Origin: Blepharisma stoltei ATCC 30299
Taxonomy: Eukaryota; Protista; Ciliophora
Reading direction: 5' to 3'
Length of the DNA: 64,000 bases
Assembly: GCA_965603825.1 (NCBI GenBank)
Contig: CBFDEM010000039.1
Span: 574,612 to 638,611 of the forward strand
Each line of letters starts with the position of its first letter. The stretch's first letter is position 1. A model generated the notes under the pieces. It had not been told where the DNA came from and did not search any database. It saw only the letters and a program-made list of their open reading frames with translations. Below, one piece after another: positions 11,139 through 22,478 of the stretch. The position numbers and the translations under genes were made by a program.

Positions 11139-12100
11139 TTTTTATATTCGCCAAGTTAGATTTACGTAATTTATAATTTTAGCAAACATTTTACTATTAA
11201 TATTTAATATTAATAATATGAACAAAATATTTTGAATTAAAATTTTGCATAGTTTCATTTGTATAAGCAATAGTTTTAGAGTTTCGTAAGCTTATAAAAG
11301 AATAGTCAACTATTTTATTTAATGCTAGAAATTAGAATCTATGATTTACTAAAAAATTAAAAATTTAAATCTGCTATCAGAAACAAGTTTTTATAAGTAT
11401 AAAAGTATAAATTTATACTCATCAAGTAGATTAATGCTTTAGCCGCTTTAGCTGGATATTTTGGTATTAATAATATTAGAATGAGCAAAAAATTGTTTAA
11501 TATAATTTTGTTTTAAAGGATGCGCTAATATAAGAATAAAAATTATAATATCAAAATTCCTTGCTTGCTCTTTTGAATTTGCATTTTAGAGCCAACACGA
11601 AATTATAAATTTTACCAATTGCTGTCTATGTAAGCAACAGTTTTAGCTTCACTTAGCTAGGAAAAACATAATTAATTATTTTATTCAATATTATTAAATA
11701 TATATCTCTTGTTAACTAAAAAACCTCAATCTATTAACATAAGCAAGTTTCTATTGTTTTAAGATAAATTTATAAAATATGGAAGTCATTTTAGCTGGAT
11801 ATTTGGTATTTTAATATTATTTGGATAGATAAGACATGAGAGTCTTGAATGAGGAATTAATTATCAAGCTATTTTCATCTTGTTATAATAACTATTGGCT
11901 CATGCGACATAATTATTGACAACATATTTTTTTAATTGGAAATTATTTCAGCTCTATTTATCTTCTTCAATTTTCTCAGCAAAAGCTTTAATTTTCGGCA
12001 AAATGTCAAATGAGGGAAAAAGTTTTGAGCAAATATGGAATAAAATTGCGTCAAAAGAAGAGTTGCAATATATTATTTAATATATTCTATTAATTTTAGC

Positions 12101-12779
12101 TTAATAGACCATAATGGCAATTGAGATTGATATCCCTAGAGCAAAAGCTCCTGAGTCGTTCTGCTATCAGTGTCATCATCATTATTGCCATACCCATTAT
12201 AAGCGTTTTTTGCTTCTAAGTAATTTTCTGCTAAAGTCTGTAGAACACAATCTTCTGCCCCAATAATGCCATTAAACATGCTTAACTGGATTTGGTAATA
12301 GTTATAGGCATTGTAATCTTCAGTACTCCAATAAGTTTTAACACAGTTGATGTCTAGCCTTGAAAAAGTATTGCATTTAAAAATATGCTGCTTAAGTTTA
12401 GCAGTTCTATCTCCCCGTGCAAGCTGAGCAAGCAAGCATTATATAGTCCTATTTGGGTAAAATAAATCCCCTAAATGAACTACCAACATTTTTATTATGA
12501 AATATTTTGATTTTAAGTAATTATATCATAGCTCAATCTGAATTTTAAACATCTTACATTCTTGATAATAAATTTATGCGATTTATACATAGATAATAAA
12601 GGTTTTTTTGTAATTTTCAAATTTAGAAAAGAATATCCTTCAAACTTAAGTTGTCATTGTAAACACAAGTTTCAGGAAGGAAAACTTGTTCTGAAGTTTT
12701 GCAGGCATATTTGTAGCAACCCCTAGCAAAATCAATAAGTGTACAAAGAGAGGAAAAGGAAGCTTAAAGACCTGGCCAT
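12101..12779 (-). pseudogene. Cys-rich surface protein array copy 3, internally deleted
   Basis: A 5' fragment (MARSLSF..CKTSEQVFLPETCVYNDNL, ~12646-12779) and a 3' fragment (IFKCNTFSR..GAEDCVL, 12101-~12388) are separated by ~260 bp of unrelated DNA; frameshifts are present. Confidence 0.8.
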
Positions 12780-13679
12780 TTTATTTATTCAACAAATTAG
12801 AAAAATAGTAAACTATATTTAGCGAAGTTTTTGGATTAATGCTATTATTTTAATATTTTAAACAGACTAAACAAAATTTAAATAATTATTTTGCCTTTAA
12901 ACTAGCTTTCAGGGTGGAAAAAATAAATTATATTTTAAAAATTTATGTATTGACTCAAAAAAATTATAATAGGTTCAATGCAGAAGATTATAGGTAATAT
13001 ATTAAATGTTACAGGTTTAAATAAATATTATTTGCACTTTTTAAGCATACTTAGTAGCAGCTTAATATATGCAGCTAATTAGATGCTGCTTTTGAAATCC
13101 TATGCCTATTAATTAAACATAATAAAATTAATTTAAGACTGATAAAGAAATTCTGCTGGAATGTTTCGTATTAAAACAATTCCAAGACTTTCTGCGCAGA
13201 ATTCAACGCTGAAGCATTAATTTTAATAAATATATATAATTATTGAATTTATGATTGTTTATTTTTACTTTAGTTACTAAATTGTCAATAAGGTTAGTAT
13301 GCCGAGAACGAAAAGTCTTTGCTATTATTTAAATTGATGCTATAATCATCATTGTCATTCCATCATACTTCCTCTGACTTCTGGCTCGGCCTCGTGAAAG
13401 AGGACATAATGGTAATCCTTATTAAATTTTGGATATATAAATTATAATATAAAATTTAATCAATTATCATTAATAAATTAAGATATACGTATTTAATTAA
13501 AACCTCAATTAGAGATTAAAATAAACATTTAGATATAATATTTAAGTATTATTATTTAATTAAAATTAATGAAAAATAGCCTAGACTGATCTAAAATTTG
13601 TTGAAAATTTATAAAATCTCCATAATCTATATTTATTAAAAAAATTAAAGTCAAATCTTTCGATTAACTTAATGCTTAC

Positions 13680-14765
13680 TTAGAAGGCCACAGCCTCAAC
13701 GTTAGAGTTATTGAACGCATTCCTAGCCTGCACATAATTTTCAGCAAAAGCGTTTAGGACGCAATCTTCTATCCCTACCAGCCTATTATATAAGCTACTC
13801 TGCAAGTTATAATAGACAAACGCATTATACTGCTTAGAACTCCAGTAAGTCTGCACACAGTTGCTGTCAAATCTTTTAACTGTATTACAGTTCAACAACT
13901 CTGGGCTGTTTACCCACTCATTAAAAATATTTAGCCATTGCTGGTTAGGTGCATCTCCTGGCAAAACTTCACAATAAGAGTTCCCCTCACTATTCAGCCC
14001 ACAATCGCATTCTCCCTCTATGGAGTATGGAGGAGTAAAGAAAGAATCTTTATTAGAATAGCACCCTCTCCCATTGACATCACATTGAGACCCTGGGCCT
14101 TGTAAAGTATAGAATAAGTCTGTGCAGTAGCTTTTCCCATCGGAATTCTGAGCACAGTAGTAATATTGGCATAAAGTATGGAACCCAGAATAGCACTCTC
14201 CAACCTCATCATGGACTTTAAATGAATGAAAGCCATAGCAAGTGTTTTGGGAAGGGTTAGAATAAGAAATAATATTGCAAGCTGCATTGTTGACACAATC
14301 ATAGTCCCAGGTGCAGCCAGATTCCCCAATTTGAAGCTGTGGAATACAAGTGTTATTTGTGCATCGTAAACCAGGGTTACATTGCTCACTCCAACTGCAA
14401 TATTCTCCATTTGAAACACCTACACAAATTCCATTTTGGCATGTCAAAGAAAGTCCAGGAGCACAATCGTCGTCTGTCTTGCACCATTCTCCTGGATAGC
14501 TATTGACAGGTGGAACATAAGTTTCTTGGCAAGTATAGTTGAATTGATAGGAAGTTGAGTGCTGTTGGTCTGGATAGCATTCTAAAGAGCTATCCTGGCA
14601 TGGCTGAACGTAATAGGTATTGGTTATGTTGTTATTAAAGCCACATTGATTAGGATACCAGACCTGGTCTGGAGTTTTGCAAGTATATGCTGAGCAGTCA
14701 ATGCCAAAAGCAAAACTTAGACCAATAGTGAGCTGGAGAACCAAAATCATTTTTGACGCAGCCAT
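13680..14765 (-). CDS. Cys-rich protein array copy 4, lacking the hydrophobic C-terminal tail (probably secreted)
   Basis: 361-aa intact ORF with the same Cys framework; ends NNSNVEAVAF. Confidence 0.88.
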   Translation of the reverse strand: MAASKMILVLQLTIGLSFAFGIDCSAYTCKTPDQVWYPNQCGFNNNITNTYYVQPCQDSSLECYPDQQHSTSYQFNYTCQETYVPPVNSYPGEWCKTDDDCAPGLSLTCQNGICVGVSNGEYCSWSEQCNPGLRCTNNTCIPQLQIGESGCTWDYDCVNNAACNIISYSNPSQNTCYGFHSFKVHDEVGECYSGFHTLCQYYYCAQNSDGKSYCTDLFYTLQGPGSQCDVNGRGCYSNKDSFFTPPYSIEGECDCGLNSEGNSYCEVLPGDAPNQQWLNIFNEWVNSPELLNCNTVKRFDSNCVQTYWSSKQYNAFVYYNLQSSLYNRLVGIEDCVLNAFAENYVQARNAFNNSNVEAVAF

Positions 14766-14770
14766 TTTAT

Positions 14771-15960
14771 TTATTCACCAGCTTTATCCTCATAGGTCCA
14801 CCAAGCTGAGTCCTTACTCATAAAGTCGTTTTCATTACTTTATGTTTCTGTAAAATCCATTAAATCCATCCCTTCTTCTACATCCAGCATGTAAGGATTT
14901 TTTCCTAAAAAGCTCACAAAAAATCTCACCTATTTCTTTGAAAATATTGGCAATGTAATTCCAATTTAAAATTGATGATGCGCTTGCCATTTAATTTGTA
15001 GGTGGGAAATGGGATGTATCACCAAAAAAAACTCTTACTAGTTAGAAAGCAAACAAACCATAAAGATTTTCTTTTTTTTATTTCAGCAATGGCATCTTCT
15101 CTATATTTAGTAACTTCATCGAAAATAGATAAAGCTGCATAAATGTAATAATAATTTTCGTATTTTTAATTAGCTAAAATTTGTCAGGGCCAAGCATTTG
15201 AATAAAAATTCAAATTTTTTTTCATTTGGGCATTTTTATAAGGAAAGGGCCTTAAATTCATAATAATTTTCCTTCAATTAGAATTTAGATTGCATAGAAA
15301 TCTTATTGATGAGGCAGCGTCATTTATACCTAAGCTAGAATAGCTGGGCTTTCTAAACCTTTAATTATAGAGTTATGATCTAAAGCCACACAAGAATCTG
15401 AATTTCCTATCAATTTATTGATAGAAAATATTTCATTATAAACTTAAATTGAAATATCTGCAGATCTTTAGATGAAAATGAAAAGTTTTCTATTAATTTA
15501 GCAGGATATTGATCTCTTAAGTCTGATAGAATTAAGCTTCCAAGCCCTTTCGGTGTCTAGCAGATAGAATGACAAATTTAAACCCCTTCAAGGCGGTCAC
15601 ATTGTTCTGCAGATTTTATGATTGTGTGAAAGATAGTTTCTTCCGGCTCGAAACCTAAGGTTTTATAGCCTTTTGCTCAAATGCCTTGGCCAGAAATCAG
15701 CATATCTGGCCTATAAAGTTTTGATAAGGAGGAACAGTGCAGATCATCGATGGTTTGAGAGTCTAAATCGATCATATTTGCTCTTGGATAGTATTTTGAA
15801 TCATTTTCATCGAAATAGATGTCTATTTTACAAGTACTTGGTATAAACTCGTAATATTTGACTTCATTATCGATTTTATGCTCATCTAGAAATGCTTTCC
15901 AAAACTTTGAACCTAAAGAATTTTCACATTGGCCAATTTGCAAATCTAATGACCTCTCAT
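14771..15960 (-). pseudogene. Divergent beta-tubulin-like pseudogene
   Basis: MR(E)VI..LQIGQC..GSKFW..DEH, YYPRA.MIDL, YRPD..ISGQGIWAKGY (TGA=Trp), EQCDRLEGF, and C-terminal FRKK..GMDLMDFTET*SNEND matching beta-tubulin GMDEMEFTEAESNMND. Many frameshifts and stops. Confidence 0.8.
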
Positions 15961-16071
15961 ATAATAACTATTAATTGATAATAGTTATGCCAAGATTGAT
16001 ATTTTTACTATTTAATGATTATTCTTAAATAATCAACACAGTTACTATTAATCCTTAATGTTAAGGATTAT

Positions 16072-17145
16072 TTAATAAAGGATGAATAGGATCAGTAAAT
16101 TTATTTCTAAAGGAATCAAAGAATTATCATCAGAATCTCCCTTGCCATCTAATCTTTTGGCATAGGCATATTCTGAGGCAACAGTATCTATTACACTTTT
16201 TTTGCTTCCAACAATATAACTATAGAAGTTGAAATAGCTTTGCCAATAAAACAATTCATCAAAATGTTTGCTGTCTCAATAATCTCTAATGCACTTAAAC
16301 TCATTTCTCCTGGCTGTATTAGAGTTAAAAATTGCATTACTTGAATACCATTTTGCTCAGAAACTTAATAAAATGGCTCCAGGACCATCTCCAAGGAAAA
16401 GTTCGCAATGAGACTTTCCTTCTAAGTTATAGCCGCAAGAGCATGCTTGATTAGCAACAAATGGAGGGTTAAAAAAATTGCCTGGGCTAGAAGAGCATTA
16501 ATCTAGATTTATTCTGCAAAGCGAAGCTGGTTCTGAATCAGAGATCAGTAAGTTTGTGCAATAATAATTGCCATCAACTGCATTTTCAGCGCAAGTGAGG
16601 TATTTGGATAGTAAACTTCTCGAGTTAAAGCAGCCTCCAACTGGTGCATGTGGTTCAAATGTAAATACTTGATAGCAAGTGTTAGATTGTGGGTTTCCCG
16701 CAGCTGTGATATTACAGGCACCATTTTTTACACATTCATAATCACTTAAGCAGCCGTTTCTCCCAATTTCTATTTGATGAACACATTCTTGATTAGGCAA
16801 TAAGTTCCTGGCATGCATTGATAATTTGATCTACAAGACTGGCCAGCAGAAACTCCTTGGCATTTTCAATTATTGCAGCCTCTGCTCCAAATGGGATCAC
16901 ATTCAGCACTTTTTTTGCATGTTTCTCCTATGCTACTTATACCCAAGCTAAATTTATCATCTTTACAGGTTTTATTTTGGGAATTTAAATCATAAATGCA
17001 TAGTTTGTCACCCGAGCACTCTTTTGAGTAATAAATATAGGCATCTTCGTCATAATAAACACATGTGTCATCTTCAAAAGCCATAAATGAAGGCTTACAT
17101 GTATCCTATATAAAATAGCCCAAAAATGTTGCTCTCCAAGTTCAT
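16072..17145 (-). pseudogene. Cys-rich surface protein array copy 5
   Basis: Paralog of copy 6 with a largely deleted signal peptide, a frameshift near 16818, an in-frame TAA at 16498-16500 and lost cysteines. Confidence 0.8.
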
Positions 17146-17986
17146 TTTGATTTTATTCAACAATTTAATAGTAGAATGGAAAGGCCTGCATAGAGAAAAA
17201 TTTTAAAATCCTGATACTTTTATAGAATCGAAAAAGAACTATTCTTTACAAGTTGAATTATTGATTTTTATTATATAAGCTGAGAAATGCAAGTATTTTT
17301 TGAAAGATTTTGCAAGTTAATAAAGGATAGAATAAAATTATATTCTGCAAGAAAATTTGAATCACAAGAGAGTTTATACATTTTATTGAAAATTTCATAA
17401 AATTGTGTCATCAATTTTTAATACAAAAAAATATTTATCTTCTTTGCTCCTTCATTCTTGATTTATAAGTAGCCATCACTCGACTAGAGAAGAGGTAAAT
17501 CTTTCTATTAAGATGGGAATTAATTTTAGGAATTTAATTGGATTACTCGATCATATAAATAAGAATGATATGGCAAACTAACCCTCACACATTTAGGAGA
17601 CCTTAAGGCGAGCGATTTTCAGAGCCCAAATAGTGTTAATAGGATTGCCTAGAAGGGATCGGGAAGAAATAATTTATCTTTCGTAATTATATTTGATAGA
17701 AAAACATTTTGGTATAAATTTTAGATTCCTATTAACAGTTTTCATTTATTTTAATATAGAATTAATTGAATATCGTTTATGTGTAGAAACTATTTTTTTT
17801 CTTGTGAATAGCCCAATAGGTGGCATTTTTAGTTGATAAAGCATGAAAATCATGGCTTAATGGGGCAGGAAAACCAACCTAGATTTTAATATAGAATATA
17901 AAATGGTAAAAAATCTTGCTGTATAATTAATAATTTGTCGTAAAATAGAAGATCTCAATCTTATAAATCTTAATATTTAAGACTAT

Positions 17987-19099
17987 TTAAGAAAAGATGA
18001 ATGCAATGGCCATTGAAATCCCCAAGACGACTGCAGAATCGTCATAATCACCAACACCATTTAATTCTGAAGCATATGCGTATTGAAAAGCCGCAGTGCC
18101 TATCACACATTTTTCGCTTCCAACTATAAGGTTATAAGCATAGAAATAGGTGTACCAATAATACAGTTCCGTAAAACTTTTTTCATCCCAATAATCCTGC
18201 ATACACTTAAATGATTTTCTATTCGCTGTATTGCATTTTAAAACTGCTGGACTTGAAAACCATTTTGCCCAATAACTTAGCATTTTTACTCCAGGGCCAT
18301 CTCCATAGAAAAGGCTGCAATACGCATTTCTACCTGCATTGTAGCCGCAATCACAAACTGAACTGGCAACAAATGGAGGGTTAAAAAAATTATCTGGCTG
18401 AGAATGGCATTTTGGATTACCTACCTGACAAGAAGCATCATAATTATCTTTTGACGCCAGCAAATTTGTACAATAAAAATCACCATCAGCTTCATTTTGG
18501 GCGCAATTTATGTACTTACATAGCTGGCTTTCTCCATTTAGGCAGCTTCCAACAGGCTCATGCGGCTCAAATGTAAACACTTGATAACAAGTGTTGGCCT
18601 GAGAATCAGTGGTAGATGTGATATTACAGGCTGCGTTATTTACACAGTCAGTATCAATTAAGCATCCTTTTTGGCCAATTTCTATTTGAGGAACGCACTT
18701 TATATAATTGAAGCAAGTGTATCCAGGCACACAGAACAAATTTGAATTACAAGTCACATCTTTTGTGCCTCCTTGACATACTCCACTAGAGCATCAACCA
18801 GTTAAAGAATAAATACAATCAGAATCTTGCTGACATTTATCTCCAGGATAGCTGAGACCAAAATAGTGCTGATTTGTTGCGCAAGTCATATTAGAAGCTT
18901 TTGCGCCATTGCAAATTGTATTACCTGAGCATTCTTTTGAATAATAAACATCATCTGTTTGGTCATAGTAAATGCAAGTTTCATCATCAAAAGCCATTTG
19001 TGAAGGCTTACAGGTGTAACTTGAGCATTCATTTTGACTTAAAACTCCAATGCAAAGGAAAGATAAGTGGAGAAGTAAAGTATGAATATCCAAGGTCAT
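17987..19099 (-). CDS. Cys-rich surface protein array copy 6, 370 aa
   Basis: ORFs 18794-19114 and 17987-18757 are one frame joined by TGA=Trp. ATG at 19099 (MTLDIHTLLL); hydrophobic tail present. Confidence 0.88.
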
Positions 19100-19656
19100 T
19101 TTTATTTTATTCACCTAAAATTTATTATATGAGCAATATGCATATTGAAAGAATATTAAGATTTCGGCAATTTTTGGACTATTTTAAAATATTTTTAGAT
19201 GGAAAATGCTTCAGCAATGAGATTAATAAATTGCTAGAATTAAAAGCTTGCTGTATCTTTGCAGTTGTAGCAAGTTTCTTGAACTTTGCAAGTATAGTCA
19301 GGGTCGCGTTTTATTTGCCCTGAGCTAAAAAAGGCTCTTTCAGTAGTAAAATTTACTTAGTAGTGCTATTTTCTGAATCGACTCCACTAGTTGGAAGGGT
19401 CTCTTGTAGCCCGGGGCGATCAAAGGTCCAAAGTTTTATCTTCAGCAGATTTAAAATAAATAAACTTGAACACCTTCTGCTAGAATAAGTAGAAAATGCA
19501 TGGAAAAATAAAAACACGATTTACTATATTATTATATAGCACTCAACCTTATTTAATTGTAAAATTTAAGACAAAAAACAGATGTTGATAAATTAGATAA
19601 TTAAACTTAAAACTTTTCTCGTTTTTACACAAATATATCTATATAATATAGCTTAT

Positions 19657-20012
19657 CTACAATAATAGCTCATGGTCAGGTTTTATGAATTTTTCTTCTT
19701 TTCTTTCAATTTTCGGCACTACTTCTGAATTTTCTTCTGTGTTTCTCCTGGGATTTTCTTCTATGTTTTCTGGGCTTTCTTCTGAGCTTTTTTCTATGTT
19801 TTCTTCTGGGCTCTCTTTTTAGGTTTACTTCTAGTTTACTTTCGGATTTACTTCTGGGTTTCCTTATGCGTTTCCTTCTGTGTTTTCTTCCGGCCTTATT
19901 CTGGTTTTCCTTCTGCCTATCTCCTCAGCTATCTCTCTTTCCCATTAAACCCTTTTGGCTTTTCGAGCTCTCTGAATTTTGGCACACTTTTTACTTCTTT
20001 TTTTCCTCTCAT
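19657..20012 (-). repeat. Decayed 12-bp tandem repeat encoding [P/T/I/S]-E-[E/V/G]-N tetrapeptides in a broken ORF
   Basis: Minus strand reads CCGGAAGAAAAC ACAGAAGGAAAC ... CCAGAAGTAAAT ... CCAGAAGAAAAC ATAGAAAAAAGC TCAGAAGAAAGC, with stops and frameshifts. Confidence 0.55.
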
Positions 20013-20516
20013 TTATCTGCCTACTTGATATTTTAAATTCTATAATACTTGAATAAGTTGTTGAAATCAATTTCTTTATTACTAATCCAAAATAAAAAAT
20101 ATGAAATACTAATTTTATCTTAAATCCTTCCCATCTTTAAAAATATCGTACAATTCAAATTCTGATTTCGCTAAAATCTACTCTATAAGAATCCCTTATT
20201 TATAGGTAAATTCTCAATTAAATTGCATTAAAGCTTTAATAGAAGATATTGCTGCTGTATATAAAAAATTAAAATTATGTTCCAATTTGAAGTGGCTAAT
20301 TTGGCTAATATATAAAAATATTGTTCCAATTTAAAGGATAATTAATTCATATTATTAATTAATAGAAATGAATATAACTCTATAATATTGACACTATTTT
20401 TATCTTATTTTGCGCTCTGTAGAGCGATTCTAATCTAATATATCAATTAAAAAGATGAAATCGAGAGCAAAGCATTTACATTAGCAATATATAAATATCA
20501 ATCATCAAAGTTTTAT

Positions 20517-21641
20517 TTAATGAAGGAAAAGTCCAATAATTAATGAAATTCCAAGCACAATCCCCGAGCTCTCATCAGAATCTCCACTATCTCCATTATA
20601 CAGCTTTTTAGCATATACATAACTAGAATCTGCTGTATTTAGCACACATTTTTCACTTCCTATTATATAATTATACTCCTGGAAATACACTGTCCAATAA
20701 TAGTAAGCGTTGAAGTTATTTTCGTCCCAATAATCCTTTATGCAGTTCAATTCTTCTCTTCTCCCTGTATTACATTTTAAAATCGCTTCACTTGAATACC
20801 ATTTGGCTCTAATACTTAACAAAGACAATCCTGGGCCGTCTCCTATGAATAAATTGCAATATGCATTTCCTTCAGAATTGTAGCCACACGCACAATATTG
20901 ATTAGCGACATAAGGTGGGTTAAAAAAATTGTCTGGCTTAGAAGTACAATCACTTTGATCACTACTACACAATGAAGCTGGCTTTGAGTCTGAGACTTGC
21001 AAGCTTGTACAGTAATAATTACCATCTGCTCCATTTTGGGCACAGGTCGTGTATTTGCATAGCATGCTTTGCTGATTATAGCAATATCCAACAGGAGAGT
21101 GAGGGTCAAATGAAAATACTTCATAGCAAGTATTAGTTTCAGGAAGCTCTGACGTGACATTGCAGGCACCATTTTGAACGCAGTCGTAGTCGCTTGAACA
21201 CCCTTTTTGGCCAATTTCTATTTGGGGACTGCATATTCCTTTAATGCAAGAATTTCCTGGCATGCATTGATATAATGATGTGCAGAAGTGGCTCGCTGAA
21301 TATCCTTGGCATATTCCGTTAGCGCAGTTAGAAGCGGAAAAACCATTATAGCAGTCCGCATTTGTTTTGCATTTTTCGCCGACAAAGCTCTGGCCAAAGC
21401 TAAGAACTGCATCTGTGCAGGTTTTATTATTGGACTCGTCTGCATATACACAAAGCTTATTATCTGGGCATTCTCTTGCATAAGAAGTAGAGGCTTCTTT
21501 ATTATTATAAAGGCAAGTGTTAGCAGTAAAAGCCATAGAAGGAGGCTTACAAATGTAGCTTGGACATAGATTTGAGCTTAAAACTGGAAGGTAAAGAAGT
21601 GCGAAATGGAGGAGAAAAAAAGTGTGAATCTTAAAGTCCAT
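20517..21641 (-). CDS. Cys-rich surface protein array copy 7
   Basis: 374-aa intact ORF with signal peptide, Cys framework and GPI-type tail. Confidence 0.9.
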   Translation of the reverse strand: MDFKIHTFFLLHFALLYLPVLSSNLCPSYICKPPSMAFTANTCLYNNKEASTSYARECPDNKLCVYADESNNKTCTDAVLSFGQSFVGEKCKTNADCYNGFSASNCANGICQGYSASHFCTSLYQCMPGNSCIKGICSPQIEIGQKGCSSDYDCVQNGACNVTSELPETNTCYEVFSFDPHSPVGYCYNQQSMLCKYTTCAQNGADGNYYCTSLQVSDSKPASLCSSDQSDCTSKPDNFFNPPYVANQYCACGYNSEGNAYCNLFIGDGPGLSLLSIRAKWYSSEAILKCNTGRREELNCIKDYWDENNFNAYYYWTVYFQEYNYIIGSEKCVLNTADSSYVYAKKLYNGDSGDSDESSGIVLGISLIIGLFLH

Positions 21642-22478
21642 TTCTGAATTTATTCAACAATAAGATATTAGATATAAAAATATAAATGCTTTCAACAAAT
21701 AGCGAAATTGTTGATATTTAATAATGCAGTAATTTTTTAAAAATCATTTTTGCAAACAATATTGCTTTAAATATAGATACAAACTCATCTATGACTCAAG
21801 CTCAGTAGCGATCTGTTTAATTTTAGATACATTCTGACCTATCCCCGTCAAAATGCCTGCTTGCTTACTTGAGTTTTTATCATGCTGCCAATTTACTTTT
21901 AAAATTCTATTTGAATTTAGTTAAAATAGAATTGCCAAATATCATCATTTATAAATTATTTCCACATTAAATAATATAATTGGTCTCGTTTTATTACTAT
22001 ATTCTATCTCATTGTAATCAGAGTTAATTTTTATGAAATCCCTAAATCTATATTATTTGAGAAAAGACGAATCCTGAAATCCCTACAGATATCTAAGAAT
22101 TAAATCTATTTATCGAAATTTTTTCGTCTCAGTAATCTCACGTGCAGCTACATGATAAGCCGTGTAGTGCTAAGGATGGAACAAGGTGCTTCAAAGTCTG
22201 ATGGAGGGGCTTTTTATAGTCTTAAATAAGGATAATGCTATAATATATCTATGGTAATAAATAGTTTTCATTACAGCTGCTTCTAAATGATAATTCTGTA
22301 TAAATGAAATAAAATTGTAATTTTCTAATTAACCTCAATTATATTTCTCGGAGTTTCATGGTTCTATTCAACTATTGAATTTTATTCGGTGGGGTTCTTC
22401 GCATATTGATAAAAGTATAGAATCGGAAATAAAGCATTTATATTAGTGATGTATAAGACTTAGTAATAGTAGTATTAT

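Noticed and set aside
17575-17592. Internal telomere-like sequence (CTAACCCTCACAC)
   Set aside because: A single imperfect unit, expected by chance.
22140-22215. Box C/D snoRNA-like GC island (ATGATAA ... CTGA)
   Set aside because: The C box is imperfect, the span is only ~50 nt and there is no clear terminal stem; an Infernal search would be needed.
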